Positions 18,234-32,804 of a stretch of 48,994 bases of DNA are shown here, piece by piece; the first letter of the stretch is position 1; every line of letters begins with the position of its first letter. Both the position numbers and the translations under genes were made by a program. Under the pieces are notes generated by a model. That model was not told the DNA's origin, did no database searches, and worked only from the letters and a program-made list of their open reading frames with translations. This DNA comes from Eledone cirrhosa (taxonomy: Eukaryota): assembly GCA_964016885.1 (NCBI GenBank), contig CAXHJY010001011.1, positions 1 to 48,994 on the forward strand. Direction: 5' to 3'.

Positions 18234-19775
18234 ATAGCGGTGTCCACTCTTATAGTTGAACTTCAACTCTTTGCTGATTTTTAATTCAATCAAGTATTGT
18301 AATTACATTCCTTCTTTTGTTTTTGTTTTCTTTTCTTTTTTCCAATATTTGAAAATAGATCTGCAACCCAATCTGAGATTTTCATTGCAAGAATATTTTC
18401 AATTTTCAAATAGTTTAGAGAAGTTCTTATATAACACCACCAAATGATAAACGTTGACGGGCAGGTCATTGTCTAATATTTCTGTCTTTTACTTGAGCAC
18501 AGAAAGCCTAAAATCTGTTAACATTCTCTATATCCCTTGTGGTGTTTGATCAGAATATGCTTTGAATCAAATGCCTTTCTTTTAATCAAATTCAATTCAT
18601 CTCCATGCAGTTGCAAATTCATTTAATTAAACTTGAAATATAAATCTGACATAGAAACTATGTCACTTCCAATTATTCTTTTAAAGTTGTCTCGTTCAAA
18701 ATTTTCTTTGGTTTCAAAAAATTCAAAAACTGTCTCAAAATTATTATAGAAGTGACTCAGCCGACTTCAGTGTGGAATAGCAAGTGAATAAGTTATTTAC
18801 TGTTTTGTTCGTACACATGTCAGAATCTGTCATTAAAATAATTGTTTCTGATCATGTTAATTGCTGTAAAATTCATTGTAATGAAGAAGGCGCAAGTGAT
18901 CACAATCTTTTTTTTTTTGTCTTTTGTTGTTGCTGTTGTTGTTGATGCTTTTTGTAAGTAAATGTCAATGAACCATGCAATACACTATTAATATATTCAG
19001 CATTAATGTTTTAAAGCGTGCAATGAAAATTAGAGTGGCAGCCCGTTCTCAGTTGAGCTCTATCAGTTTGATCTGTCACATTTATAAGGGGTTTCTGCTA
19101 TTCTTCACAAAAAAAACTCTTCTTCCCCAACGGGAAATATCGACTCCCTTCAACATCTTTTACTAAGACCTGGTAAAAAATAACTCTTGAGTTATTTTGT
19201 CTCATGTTTTTTGTTTTTTGTTTTTTTGTAGAGGTTTAATAAAGCAAACGTTCATGAACCGTAAAATTTCATTGTCTGGTAGAGTAGGTTCATCCAGCTG
19301 TAACGATAATTATATAATGTGGCTGTTGTAGATTTCGCCAATTTGTTGTTGTATTGTATTATTGCTGAAAGGAATTTCACTGTGTTAGCGACTGACTAGT
19401 AGGACCTCTATAACAACTGGTATGATCAATTCTTCGTCAATAGTATGTAGATATCTGGATGAGCTAATCAGTACTGACATTTTGTTTGTAAGAAGCTCAT
19501 AACTGATCATTTTCTTTCATTTATGCCGATAACGTTAGCTGTTTGTAAAATGGGTCTCGGAGTGCTTGAAAATAAGATAAATATTTAATTATTCTGTCAG
19601 CATGAATTTTTTTCAAGTGCTCTTCTACTCTTGAATATTTCATAGATTCATTTGAAAAGACTTTTTGGCAAATCAAGCACATTGATAATAGTTTGTTTGT
19701 AGGTGACGGAACAAAAAAAGAATATAGTAAATATTCAATTCCGTACCACCGGCATTTTTACTTTAGTTCTGTCAT
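18201..19775 (-). pseudogene. Decayed hAT (Buster/Charlie, SCAND3/ZBED-like) transposase with BED zinc finger
   Basis: Hand translation across frameshifts and stops gives, in order: KCRWYGIEYL; MCLICQKVFSNESMKYSRVEEHLKKIH; HTIDEELIIPV; IPFSNNTIQQQI; LQLDEPTLP; TDRA; YCMVH; LLFHTEVG*; MNLQLHGDELNLIK; ILAMKISDWVADLF. Confidence 0.9.
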
Positions 19776-19800
19776 GGTAATATCTATTCAAAACATACTG

Positions 19801-19847
<47 letters not shown>

Positions 19848-19849
19848 AT

Positions 19850-20580
19850 TGGTGGATAGAGTTATGGCCCTTTATGTTCTGATTTCAAATCCCGTCGAGG
19901 TTAGCTTTGTCTTTCATCCTTACGGGGTCGATAAAATAAAGTACCAGTAATGTACTGGTAAATTGCTGGTGTTGTGCCAAAAGTAGAAACAATTATTTTA
20001 TTAGTGAATTGGCAGTATCGGTAGAGTGTCGGACACCATACTTTTCAGTATAGAGTTATGGCTCTTTACCTTCTGAGTTCAAATCCCGCTGGGGTTAGCT
20101 TTGCCTTTCATCCTTACGGGGTCGAGTCGATAAAATAAAGCATCAGTAATGTACTGATGTAGATTTAATCGACTTTCCCCTCCTCCAAAATTGCTGGCCT
20201 TGTGCCTAAATCAGAAACCACTATAAATGTATTATTATTAATATTTTTAATATTAATAAAGTACCAGTAATGCATTGGGTAATTGCTGGCCTTGTGCCAA
20301 AAGTAGAAACAATTATTATTAATATTGTTTTTTCTAAATTAGGCACAAGGCCAGCAATTTGTGGAAAGAGAAAAGTCGATTTAGTGCTATTTAGTGCTTA
20401 TCAGTTACTTTGTTTTATCGACTCTGGAAGGATGAAAAGCGAAGTTGACTCCTACGGGATTCAATATTACCTTTCATTCTTCTGAATTCGATAAAATAAA
20501 GTACCTGTTAAGTAGTGGTGTCGATTTAATCGATTTTTACGTTTTCCACAAATTACTGGACTTCAGCCAGATTTAGAAAA
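19850..20580. mobile_element. Cluster of about 5 SINE family A copies or fragments (+19850-20000, +20003-20222, +20256-20320, -20330-20460, +20467-20580)
   Basis: Repeated core and tail motifs. Confidence 0.85.
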
Positions 20581-20939
20581 AAAGGATCGATCGACTTTCG
20601 TCGAATCGGACCGAGGAAACAATGTTTCCGTTGGTTTTTCCAATTGCTAATACTTTCTTTCGGTCGCAACTCCAGGTAGGAGCAACGTGGAATAAAGTAT
20701 CCAGCCCCAGGACATAACGCAAGACGTGTGGCTGAGTGACTAGAGAACTGGATTCGCAATCCTGAAGTTGTCAGTTCGATTCCTGGACTGAGCCATGCGT
20801 TATGGCCTTGAGCAAGACACTTTATTTCACGTTGCTCCTTCTACCTGGAGTTGCGACCGATAGATAGTATTAGCAATTGGAAAGACCAACGGAAACATTG
20901 TTTCCTCGGTCCGATTTGACGAAAGTCGATCGACCCTTT
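20581..20939. repeat. ~140-bp-arm imperfect inverted repeat around the tRNA head of a family B SINE
   Basis: 20581-20721 is the reverse complement of 20796-20939 with scattered mismatches; SINE head at 20723-20838 (+). Confidence 0.85.
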
Positions 20940-21809
20940 AGAAAATTTTTTTTTTTTATATCATTCTTTAATATAATTGACAGTTTTTACAAGTAACTGC
21001 TAATTTGTATTCATTACCTCTCTCCTTCTTCAATAGCCCCTGCCTTCCAACGCCCCCTTATTGACACCAATTTTTCAGCAGCCTCCAAAGACGTTGTAGC
21101 ACCTACTTCAGGAATCACAGATGTAGAGAGAGACTCGTTAATGTTAATCTCGTTGGTCCGTTCCATCTCATATGAACACACTTGATTTACCTAACTATTG
21201 AATATGTTACTCAACACTGGAAACTAGATGAACATTGAATTCAAACCATATTTTATATAAATTTAAAGGATATATCAAAAGACCTTTTTTATTTGTTAAG
21301 TTAAGAAACAAAAACTAGAATTATATACAAATAGAGCAATAAATAATGAAAGTACTAATATATTTGTGTGTATGTAATAATAATAACAATAACAACAAAC
21401 AAAGCACAAAACACAATAGCAGTCCGAAGATATATATATAGAGATAGAACAACGTCATCGTAACTTAGAGCAAATATGTTTGATAAAGATTGTAATTGAT
21501 ATTAATGAATGTAAAATGAAATACAGCGATTGCTGGAGTGACAAGTGGGAGATGGTTAAAGAAAATCGTGTATTCAAACATCTTTAATAGAATGTAATCA
21601 AGGAATTATTAAATTTAGTATTTTTTACTATAAACCCCGTCGTGTTTGACGGGTACTGTGTTTGTGTGTATGTGTGTCATTTCGGGTGACTTTCTGAATA
21701 AACTTTTTTAATTTTGAGCTATTTTTTAATGAAATTGATCTGACAACCATGTCTCAGAGTAGGCGTAACTTACCTCATTTTCACTCCTCCTCTTCAAATA
21801 CCTCTAGAT

Positions 21810-21986
21810 CAGGCATATCAGATATGTGGCCCGCGGGCCGCATGCGACCCTTTACAAGCACACCTGCAGTCCTCGCAAAGGTTTTTACAGCGCGAATATA
21901 TTTTATCTTTATAATATAAAATTAAAAAATATAGTTGTAATGTGTGCAATTAGTTGACGTGTGTGGTCCTCGGTTTGATAAGCCTG
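21810..21986. mobile_element. hAT (Charlie/Buster-like) MITE
   Basis: TIR CAGGCATATCAGA / TTTGATAAGCCTG; 8-bp TSD CTCTAGAT / TTCTAGAT; GGCCCGCGGGCCGCATG subterminal motif. Confidence 0.8.
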
Positions 21987-21994
21987 TTCTAGAT

Positions 21995-22192
21995 GATGGG
22001 TCAGAAAATTTCGGCTCACGAGCCAAATTTGCCCGCAGCTTCATTTCATCCAGCCCGCGGCCTTCATGTGTAAAGTTGCATACAAAAATTATTATTATTT
22101 CTTTTTTTTTCTTTTTTTTTTGTCTATCTTTAGTCCTGCAAGAGTTAAAAATATTTCGGCCTGCCTTCCACCAAAAACTTTCCGTATCCCTA
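21995..22192. mobile_element. Second, older hAT-like MITE abutting the first
   Basis: Degraded GGCCCGCG-type subterminal motifs; flanks TTCTAGAT / CTATAGAC. Confidence 0.45.
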
Positions 22193-22311
22193 CTATAGAC
22201 TATACCCCACTTTCTACATATGTGCGTCTTGTGCCAAAGGTAGAAATCAATGCTATAGCATCACGAAGGCCTTGTTGTTATTGTTTTGAGAGTGTTTTGT
22301 TTGTTTTGAAA

Positions 22312-22425
22312 TGGCTGCGTGGGCAAGGATTTTATTTCGCAACCACTTGCCACTTTGAGCAATTGTCTTCTGATATAGCTCTGCGTTAACTAATGTCTTC
22401 TAAGTGGAAACTGCAGAAGCCCGTC

Positions 22426-22476
<51 letters not shown>

Positions 22477-22656
22477 CATGTCATACCTATCAAAGCTCCC
22501 ACCCCAAAGTGGGTGGGAGAAAGATGTCTTCTCTTGTGAAAATTAGTATAGCTTTCATTATGAAAAATCTGCCCATTTCGCTTCATTTCTCCCCGTTTTA
22601 GGGCACTTTTTTTCATAGTATTTCAAGTTTGGGTTTCCAGAGGCTGGACGGTCTGG

Positions 22657-22696
<40 letters not shown>

Positions 22697-22885
22697 TTTG
22701 TTGTCTATGCGATTGTGCCTGTGCTTCTGTTCCATAATTTAGTGATTCGACAAAAACGGAATCGATAAAATAAGTACCAAACTTGAAAAAATAAGTACTG
22801 GGATCGATATCATCGACTAAATCAAGACGTTGCCCCAGCATGACCGCAATCAAATGAGTGAAACCAGTAAAAGAATAAAAGAATT
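22312..22885 (+). mobile_element. Split tRNA-derived SINE family C (head 22312-22427, tail about 22700-22885)
   Basis: ATGGCTGCGTGG..GGAAACTGCAGAAGCCCGTCG; tail CGATAAAATAAGTACCA..CCCCAGCATGACCGCA..GTAAAAGAATAAAAGAA. Confidence 0.65.
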
Positions 22886-23175
22886 AACTAGAAGAGTAGA
22901 TTTCATTGAATGATTAGTTGCAAGAATCTCTAATAACAACAATAACAACGACAATAATAACAATAAACGGTTGCTTTTGTTCTAATTGTGATTTATATGT
23001 CATTTAATTATTTGAGTTTGATTTAAAACAGCAAAAATAAATAAATAAATCTAATCAACACGTGATCACAAATAAGGTTTTCTTATCATCCAAAGATCAA
23101 AGTATTTTCCACTTATGTCTTCTTTCTTTCTCTCTTTTTGGTTGTTTGTCATTTTAACCTCCCCCCTCTCTCTAT

Positions 23176-23223
<48 letters not shown>

Positions 23224-23271
23224 GGGGGAGAGGTTAAAATCACAAACAAAAAAAAGAGACACATGTATATA

Positions 23272-23343
<72 letters not shown>

Positions 23344-23929
23344 TACATACATATATGTGCATGCACATACATAGACATAGAGAGAAAGAATGACGTATAT
23401 ATATATGTATATATATATATATATATATATGTGTATGTGTATATATATATATATGTGTGTGTGGGTGTATATATATGTGTGTATGTATATGTATATATAT
23501 ATTTATATATATACGTGTGTGTGTGGGTGTATATATATATACATGTGTGTGTGGGTGTATGTATATACATATATATGTGTGTGTTTGAGAGGGCAATGTC
23601 TATTTAGCGATATGCAAAACGTTTTGAATCACTCAAATAACTGATTTCATAGTGTTGTATATGTTTCAATCACGTTTAATCAATTAGATATGGTCAGAGG
23701 TCTAATTTACATTTTCTATTTTATTATTGTAATTCATTTATTTCTTATTTTACTTTTTTTTTTCTTCTCATTAATGTGATTTTTGTTTTATTTTAATTTA
23801 ATTTTTATTTTATTTGATCCAATTTTGTTTACCGCATATCTAAATCGATATTTAAATGCTGCTGAATCAGAAACATATTCGTATGCAACATTAACTGTGC
23901 AGAGGTTTCGTTATTTCAATTTTATTATT

Positions 23930-24060
23930 ACGCGTAGATTTAGTGGTTAGGTTGTCGGACTCACGGTCATAAAGTCTGGGTGGTGTGTTGTGTTCTCGAA
24001 CAAGCCACTTCACATTGCTCTAGTCCACTTACGTAGCGGAAAATGAGTAACAACAACAGT
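23930..24060 (+). mobile_element. SINE family B, degraded
   Basis: TAGTGGTTAGGTTGTCGGACTCACG..TTGTGTTCTCGAACAAG. Confidence 0.65.
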
Positions 24061-24224
24061 TGAAGGTTTGCACTGTGACGTCTTGTACTCTCAACTCCGG
24101 ACTGAATCCAACCATTGGATGGACGAATCTATCGAGATTTGTTTTTGCTATGCGCTCAAAGAGATGAATAATTCTTTCTAGCTTTCGTAAAATACTCTAA
24201 GCAACTATCATAATTTGTTATGAT

Positions 24225-24400
24225 ATCGGTAGAGGGTCGGACACCATGCTTTGATGTATAGAGTTACGGCCCTTGCCATTCTGAGTTCAAATCCCACCGA
24301 GGTTAAAATCGCGTTTCATCTTTACGGGGTCGATAAAATAAAGTATCAGTAATGCACTGGGTAATTGCTGGCCTTGTTCCTAAAGTAGAAACAATTATTT
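24225..24400 (+). mobile_element. SINE family A
   Basis: Matches family consensus. Confidence 0.88.
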
Positions 24401-24594
24401 TCTATGATATAAGATGTACCCTTATTTTGAAGAAAAACGTTTGGGAAACAAGCGTTATCGTTGTATTTAAGATTATTTTTCTATTTATAGGAGGCAGGCA
24501 GATTTTGGCAACAAATTTGTGGGAGGTATATAAAAGCTGCGTTGCGTGGCATGACGTGGCGTGGCGTGGGGTGACGCGTGGCGTGGCGTGGCGT

Positions 24595-24860
24595 GATGAT
24601 TGACGTGTTGAGCTCACGAACATAAAGTCGTGAGTTAGATTCTCAGGCCAGGCAGTGCGTTGTATCCTTAAGCAAGGCACTTTATTTCACGATGAGTTGT
24701 GCCTGTAATTTAAACGACCGCCCTTGTCACACACTGACTCACCCTGAGACATACGCTATGAATACACGTGCCTATGGAATGCTCAATCACTTACATGTTA
24801 ATTTCACGAACAGGCTGTTCCGTTTATCAAGCAACGGTAACTGTGTGTGTGTGTGTGACG
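24595..24860 (+). mobile_element. SINE family B-related, degraded
   Basis: TGCGTTGTATCCTTAAGCAAGGCACTTTATTTCACG. Confidence 0.6.
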
Positions 24861-24952
24861 GTGCTCCGCAGTTTCTATCTACCAAATGTTATACACAAGT
24901 CATTGGTCAACACCTTTAATACGCAGTTAAATCTGCACTTATTGTATTATTA

Positions 24953-25146
24953 GGGCGGTGGATTGGCAGTATCGGTAGAGGGTCGGACGTCATGCTTTGC
25001 ATCATAGAGTTACGGCCCTTTACGATCTGAGTTCAAATCGCGCCGAGGTTAACTTTGACATTCATCCTTACGGGGTCGATGAAATAAAGTACCAGTAATG
25101 CACTGATTTAATTGCTGGCCTTGTGCCAAAAGTAGAAACAATTATT
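24953..25146 (+). mobile_element. SINE family A, full length
   Basis: Matches family consensus. Confidence 0.9.
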
Positions 25147-25418
25147 AAGGAAAGTAAAATACTTATGTTTTCTTAGAAAAAGAAAACAATTGATCTATCT
25201 TTATATCTCTCATTAAACAGTACTGAATAAACCTTATGTTTTTAAATAATATATATATATACTAAAACTGGTTATCGAAGTTCGAAGGCGATGCTTCAGT
25301 TTCTATAAATTATGTGTAATCAAGCATCACACCATACAAATTCAACTAATTCTCCCTCAAGGTTGAATATTTTTTCTCTCCCACTCCTCATCTCTCTCTC
25401 TTCATCACTCACTCTCTT

Positions 25419-26723
<1,305 letters not shown>

Positions 26724-26910
26724 AGATAAATCTACCAAAAGTTTACGGTAGTGTCCAATCCGTATGAAGAACTCAATGTAATCCGGATATTATGAAAAGA
26801 GAAGATGCATTCAAAAACTACTTTCGGTGATAAATAAACGGAAAACAGAGTCAAGATAAATTAATAAAATAATGAATAAACAAAGAAACAGTTCCTTATA
26901 TTAAAAAAAT

Positions 26911-27052
26911 TCATCATTTTACGATCGTTTCTAGGATATATATGTGTTAGAGTTGGTATGCATATTCTATAGATCTATGTACAATATTTATACAAACTAT
27001 CAGAGGGAATATACATACCTACACATATATATGCTGTCTTCAGAAATAATGA
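26911..27052 (-). ncRNA. Type I hammerhead ribozyme with a 105-nt stem II
   Basis: Minus strand: TCATTATTT-CTGAAGA-[CAG.C.ATATATATGTGT..GGTATGTATATTC..GAATATGCATACC..ACACATATATAT.C.CTA]-GAAA-CGATCG-TA|AAATGATGA; 9-bp stem I, GUA triplet. Confidence 0.75.
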
Positions 27053-27420
27053 TATTTGTTTATTGAAAAAAACAAAGATTCAATACAATAGGTCTGTTTG
27101 GGAACAGGTTTTGAATTGACCAATAGAGAGATAGTGAGGGTCAGGATAGTAATATAGTAGTAGAAGAACCTTAAATTATGGGTAGAGGAAGGTAGATTTC
27201 AGTTTTGGATGGAAAAGAATAATATGAATGAAGGATTATTTTAGGGAAGAAATAGGTCTTATGCTGACCTCAGAAATAATTTTATTTTTTCATTGAATAA
27301 AACCAACAAAGATCTAATATATTCTGTCTGTTTGGTAAGAGGTTTAGAATTAACCAATAGAAAGTTAATAATTGGCCAAATGGTAAAATAGTAGTAATTG
27401 AAGCTTATTTTAGGGGTGAA
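27030..27420. repeat. Diverged direct repeat (period about 230 bp) upstream of the long-stem HHR
   Basis: ATGCTG.C.TCAGAAATAAT..AACAAAGAT..GTCTGTTTGG..GAATT.ACCAATAGA at about 27031 and 27261. Confidence 0.7.
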
Positions 27421-28524
27421 AATAGGTCAGGTGGTCAGTAAAAGGTATACAAGCAGTTGTTGTTATAAAATAGTAATGCCAATACAAATATCTAAGGTGA
27501 CTAAAGTTTTAAGATAAGAATGTTAGTGAAAAAAATACATCTATGAAAAGAATATAAATTTATATTGCCATATGCTGATGCTATCCTACCTTCTCTCCTT
27601 CTCTCTTTCCCTCTCTGCCCCTCTCTGTTTCTTTCTCTCTCTGCCCCTCTCTGTTTCTTTTTCTCTCTCTCTCTCTCTCTCTCTATCTCACTATCTCACT
27701 ATCTCTTTATATATCTAACTCCCTCTTTCTTTTCATAAAAATATCTGATGATGATTTAGCTAAAGCTATAATATCTCTAAATCACTATTTCTCATTTCAA
27801 TGGTTTCATATTTGTTTTTTGTTCTATTTCATTATGTATGCTTGTTTAAAATTTCATCACCACTTTTTATGGTGGTGTTGGTGGGGTTTAAATCATACGT
27901 TTACTTGAGCGTATTTCAGAAAAAATAATCTCCAGGTATAGTTTCCAAGATATAAATAGAATATAGATAGTCTACTAACGAGACCCAGTCACCATGTTGC
28001 CGTTTTTCATTTCACTTAATTGATGTCTTGAAAAAGACATGAATATCATCACACATTACACAATTTCTTTTGCAGTCATCTATGATTCGAGTACATTTGT
28101 TTACTAATATTTGTATATTTAGCTGTGAATCATGAGGTAAACTCACAGCAAGCTATTTGCAATGTAGACTTCGTCTCAGTTGTGATGTGAATATATGCCC
28201 TTGAGAAAGCCATGAATAACACAACATTTCAGTTCTTTAACCCTTTTGATACCTCCTGAAAACGCCATTGGTTCTTTGATAGAAAACTCTTTGTTTAAAG
28301 TGTAAATATTTATGTAAAATATTTTCACCATAATTTTATGTAACAACCTTTGTTAAGTTTGTTACAAACGCCAGATTAATAACGAGAAAGTCACTCAATG
28401 ACAACATGGCCATGTTAAACTAGGCAACCGAGTCAGTCTACTCCTCAGATAGGTTACTGTTGGATATGACTCCTATCAGGTGAGAGATTAAATCTACCAC
28501 CCAAGAACAAGAAAGGCCTTTTCG

Positions 28525-28682
28525 ATGGGTTTCCACACACTTCCCGTCTACCAAATTTTATTCACAATTTATTATTGGTGTATACGTCAAAAATACACAT
28601 GCTCCGGGTAGTGATTAGAATGAGATGGAACCTAAAACCAAGTAGTTATAATACAAACTCCTTAATCACATAGCCTTGCCTA
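28525..28682 (-). mobile_element. SINE family C, degraded
   Basis: Reverse complement of GGC..GGCTATGTG..TTTGGTAGACGG. Confidence 0.55.
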
Positions 28683-28907
28683 ACTATGAGCCATTAAAGA
28701 ACGTCATCAGTAATGAATGGACTGGTGAGCTGTTTCCGCGGCCCCCGGTTTCGATTCTCAATTTTATCCACTTCTAATCTATTAACGCCCACTGTCACTA
28801 TAATCATCATCAGCAGCATCATAATCACGATCATTATAATTATCATCATCATCAACTGGGCCTTTCTGTTATTGATGAATACATAGGCTTTGGGATAATG
28901 AAGCTTA

Positions 28908-29262
<355 letters not shown>

Positions 29263-29907
29263 ATGTGTGTGTATGTTTGCTTTGCACACGTGTGTCTGTA
29301 TGTATTTGCTTTGCGCAAGTATGTGTGAGTATAGCTTATCAATAATATTGACCTAGTGAAGTATGTCCTTGCTAATGCTTTGTCTCATCGAATATGACCT
29401 TGGTACAGTAGATTAACAATATGTCAATAACTTAATTGATTTCATTCATACATCCATAACTACAAACGAGGTCAAAGATTCATGAAGTAGGTGAAAGTAC
29501 GATTGTATGACGTTCATGTCTTTCTCAATTATATTAGCTAGGTAAATTAAATGAACTGCGCCGATGGGAGACTCCCTACGTGTTCGCTTAACTTGCTAGA
29601 AATAACAGTGAAATATCTCATAAATCACACTCTAATTTTGGAAGAACAGACACATCGGTTAATCTAGTTTTTAATATACAAAAATGGGAATATACGCTTG
29701 GAACGTTTTTGGTCAATCAAAGCTTACCTGGGGCTAGATAACAACAACAACAATAGCTGAATGCAACATTTTTTTTTAATGATAGATTGTCTCGCACTTA
29801 AAAGCTCGTCAGGTCAGAGCTTATCCCCGATTTCGTGTGACTCGAAGTAACTAAGAGTACATACAATATTTCTCACTTGGGTGAAACACTTGTATTTCGC
29901 AAGTTTA

Positions 29908-29909
<2 letters not shown>

Positions 29910-29960
<51 letters not shown>

Positions 29961-29996
29961 TTGGTGATGGTGGTAGTAGTAGTATTGGTGATGGTG

Positions 29997-30028
<32 letters not shown>

Positions 30029-30250
30029 GGTGGTGGTATAGTAGTAGTAGAAGCAGTAGTATTTGTGGTGGTGGTAGTAGTAGTAGTAGTGGTGGTGGTG
30101 GTATAGTAGTAGTAGTAGCAGTAGTATTTGTGACGGTGGTAGTAGTAGTGGTGGTGTAGTAGTAGTAGTAGTAGTAGTAGTATTGGTGATGGTGGTAGTA
30201 GTAGTAGTGGTGGTGGTGGTATAGTAGTAGTAGAAGCAGTATTATTTGTG

Positions 30251-30304
<54 letters not shown>

Positions 30305-30339
30305 TAGTAGTAGCAGTAGTAGTAGTAGTATTGGTGATG

Positions 30340-30374
<35 letters not shown>

Positions 30375-30543
30375 ATAGTAGTAGTAGTAGTAGTATTTGT
30401 GATGGTGGTGGTGGTAGTAGTAGTAGTAGTGGTGGTGGTATAGTAGTAGTAGTAGCAGTAGTATTTGTGACGGTGGTAGTAGTAGTAGTAATAGTAGTAG
30501 TGGTGGTGTAGTAGTAGTAGTAGTAGTAGTAGTAGTTGTAGTT
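29910..30543. repeat. (GTA)n/(GTG)n compound trinucleotide satellite
   Basis: Direct reading; recurring higher-order blocks. Confidence 0.95.
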
Positions 30544-30779
30544 TAGGCCCAGGTCAGCACAGATCGAACAGACCTACGTTAAAAACCACTCTCAGAATGG
30601 TAATCACGTCTTTTCAAACAAGTGTATCTAAAACTAGATTTTGCTTTTGTTTTTAGACTTTGATATGTTATAAGTCCATTGTGTATACTACATACACATG
30701 TATGTACAGATAATACATACGTAAATCATATGTTTAGCACTGATTATTAAAGTAATTAATAATTATTTGAAACGGGGCC

Positions 30780-31016
30780 CACGCTTTACATCTGGTCTGA
30801 GCCTATTACCGGTTTTAAATGCCTACATTTTATATCTGGCCTAAACTCATTTCCAGTTTTGGGGGAACCTATATTTTATATCTGGCCCGAACCTAGTACC
30901 TAGCACCAGGTTTAGAGGCTTACCTTTTTATATCTAGCCTGAACCTATTACCAGTTTTTGGCACGAGCCTACATTTTAGATCTGGCCTAAACCGATTACC
31001 AGTTTTGCGCGGACCT
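30780..31016. repeat. Minisatellite, about 5 units of 45-55 bp
   Basis: Repeating CCTACATTTTATATCTGGCCTGAACCTATTACCAGTTTT. Confidence 0.8.
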
Positions 31017-31153
31017 GTGTCTATGAGCGGCAGCCATATTGAATTTTCTTTGTGTGGTTTTTAGTGACTGATTTCGGAAAGGAGTTTAATAAGTGAGTTT
31101 GCTAGCTATTGAAGTGTAGGTGTATATGTTACCTGAAGTTATTATGTGTGATA

Positions 31154-31345
31154 GGGCGGTGGATTGGCAGTATCGGTAGAGGGTCGGACGCCATGGTTTG
31201 ACGCATAGAGTTACGGCCCTTGCCATTCTGAGTTCAAATCCCGCCGAGGTTAACTTTGCCTTTCATCCTTACGGGGTCGATAAAATAACGTACCAGTAAT
31301 ACACTAGGTAATTGCTGGCCTTGTGCCAAACGTAGAAACAATTAT
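31154..31345 (+). mobile_element. SINE family A, full length with TSD
   Basis: ATTATGTGTGA(T/A)AGGG at 31141 and 31341. Confidence 0.92.
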
Positions 31346-31751
31346 GTGTGAAAGGGTGTCGTGACAGTTTTAGATTTGTTGATGTTATTAATGTAATGGC
31401 AGGCTCTCTCACGATCAGAATTCTTATTTAACAAAACCTGCGTTCTGAGCTTAAAATCTCGCCGAGGTCAACATTTCCTTTCACTCGTTCAAGGTTGGTA
31501 AATACAGTACCAGTCCAGTATTACGGTCAATTCTTCATCTCTATCTCTTTCTCATTTCCACCCCTCTCTCTTACATACACACATACACATACATACACTC
31601 TTTCTCTTGCTGTTACACACACACACGCTCTCTTTCTCTCTCTCTCTTTCTCACACACACTCCCTGTCTTTGCCGCTCTGTCACTTTCTGTCTCTCACTC
31701 ACAGACACTCTTTCTCTCACTCTCTCTCTTACACACACACACTTTCTCTCA

Positions 31752-31782
<31 letters not shown>

Positions 31783-32804
31783 TCTCTCTCTCTCTCTATC
31801 ACACACAGATACACTCTCTCTCTCTGGAAGAAATAAATGGTGTACAAACCTGGCGAAGGGTAGGACTCGGTCAGTCACGACGGCGTCTCTACGACTCCAG
31901 CAACAGTTAAAAACCCGATGGATCGTTGGAATGCTCCATTATAATAATATATTTACGTATCTGTATTTCACAATTCCCATTCTCTAAGACTATTCCCACA
32001 CAGATTATTTTATATAAAATGTTTCAATCTTGTACTTGTAATCTTTTCTGTCTCCTGATTTATCGTACTATTCTGTCTTACAAAATGTCTAAATGTAAAT
32101 CTCTTCAAACTTCCCTTCACTAATTGCTGCTAATTATTTTGGGGAATGTTTTATTGCTTGTCTCTTGGTTTGTGTCGGACACAAATCTTTGCCAATTTTC
32201 TGCTTTCCATTACTTCATCTTCTTACTTCTTTCTTTAGTTACTTACTTTAGGTTTATTTCTGTAGTGTGTGTGAGAGAGAGAGAGAGAGAGAGTGTGTGT
32301 GTGTGTGTGTGTGTGTAGGCGCGTGTGTGGTATGGCGTGTTTGCTATGTTGCCTAGCATTTTTTTCTTTTTGTTTATTGAGCTGACTATTTCAGTTGTGT
32401 AATTAGAGTTGTGTTTGTTTATGTTTTTTGTTGAAATATATAAATTTATTTTAAATTTCTGCAACGAAGGAAACTCTACACAGTTGCTTGACCTATTAGA
32501 ACGAAGAAGCCACATCTTTTAAACAACACACGACCGTTTAGTTTTTAGTTTTCACATGACCTATTCAGAGGGGGAAGGGCCGGCGCCCACGACTTTTTTC
32601 AATACCTCCGAGATTAATGACCAACCAGGCAACCACTTAGAACACAGGCCTCAGAGATATGCATTTTGACCCTTAAAGAACCACAGTTGTATACATATGT
32701 ATATAATTAAATATATAATAATTTTCTGCCATCAGTAAAGAAATCACTAAATATCTTCGTTGTGGAAATATCCAAAGCGGTGGAAAAGGTTGTATGGGGT
32801 TATA

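Noticed and set aside
27741-27790. CTGATGA followed by a TGATTTAG/CTAAATCA stem
   Set aside because: No GAAA or stem III follows.
29910-30543. Thr/Ser/Val-rich mucin-like coding repeat
   Set aside because: Simple trinucleotide repeat with no splice or ORF support.
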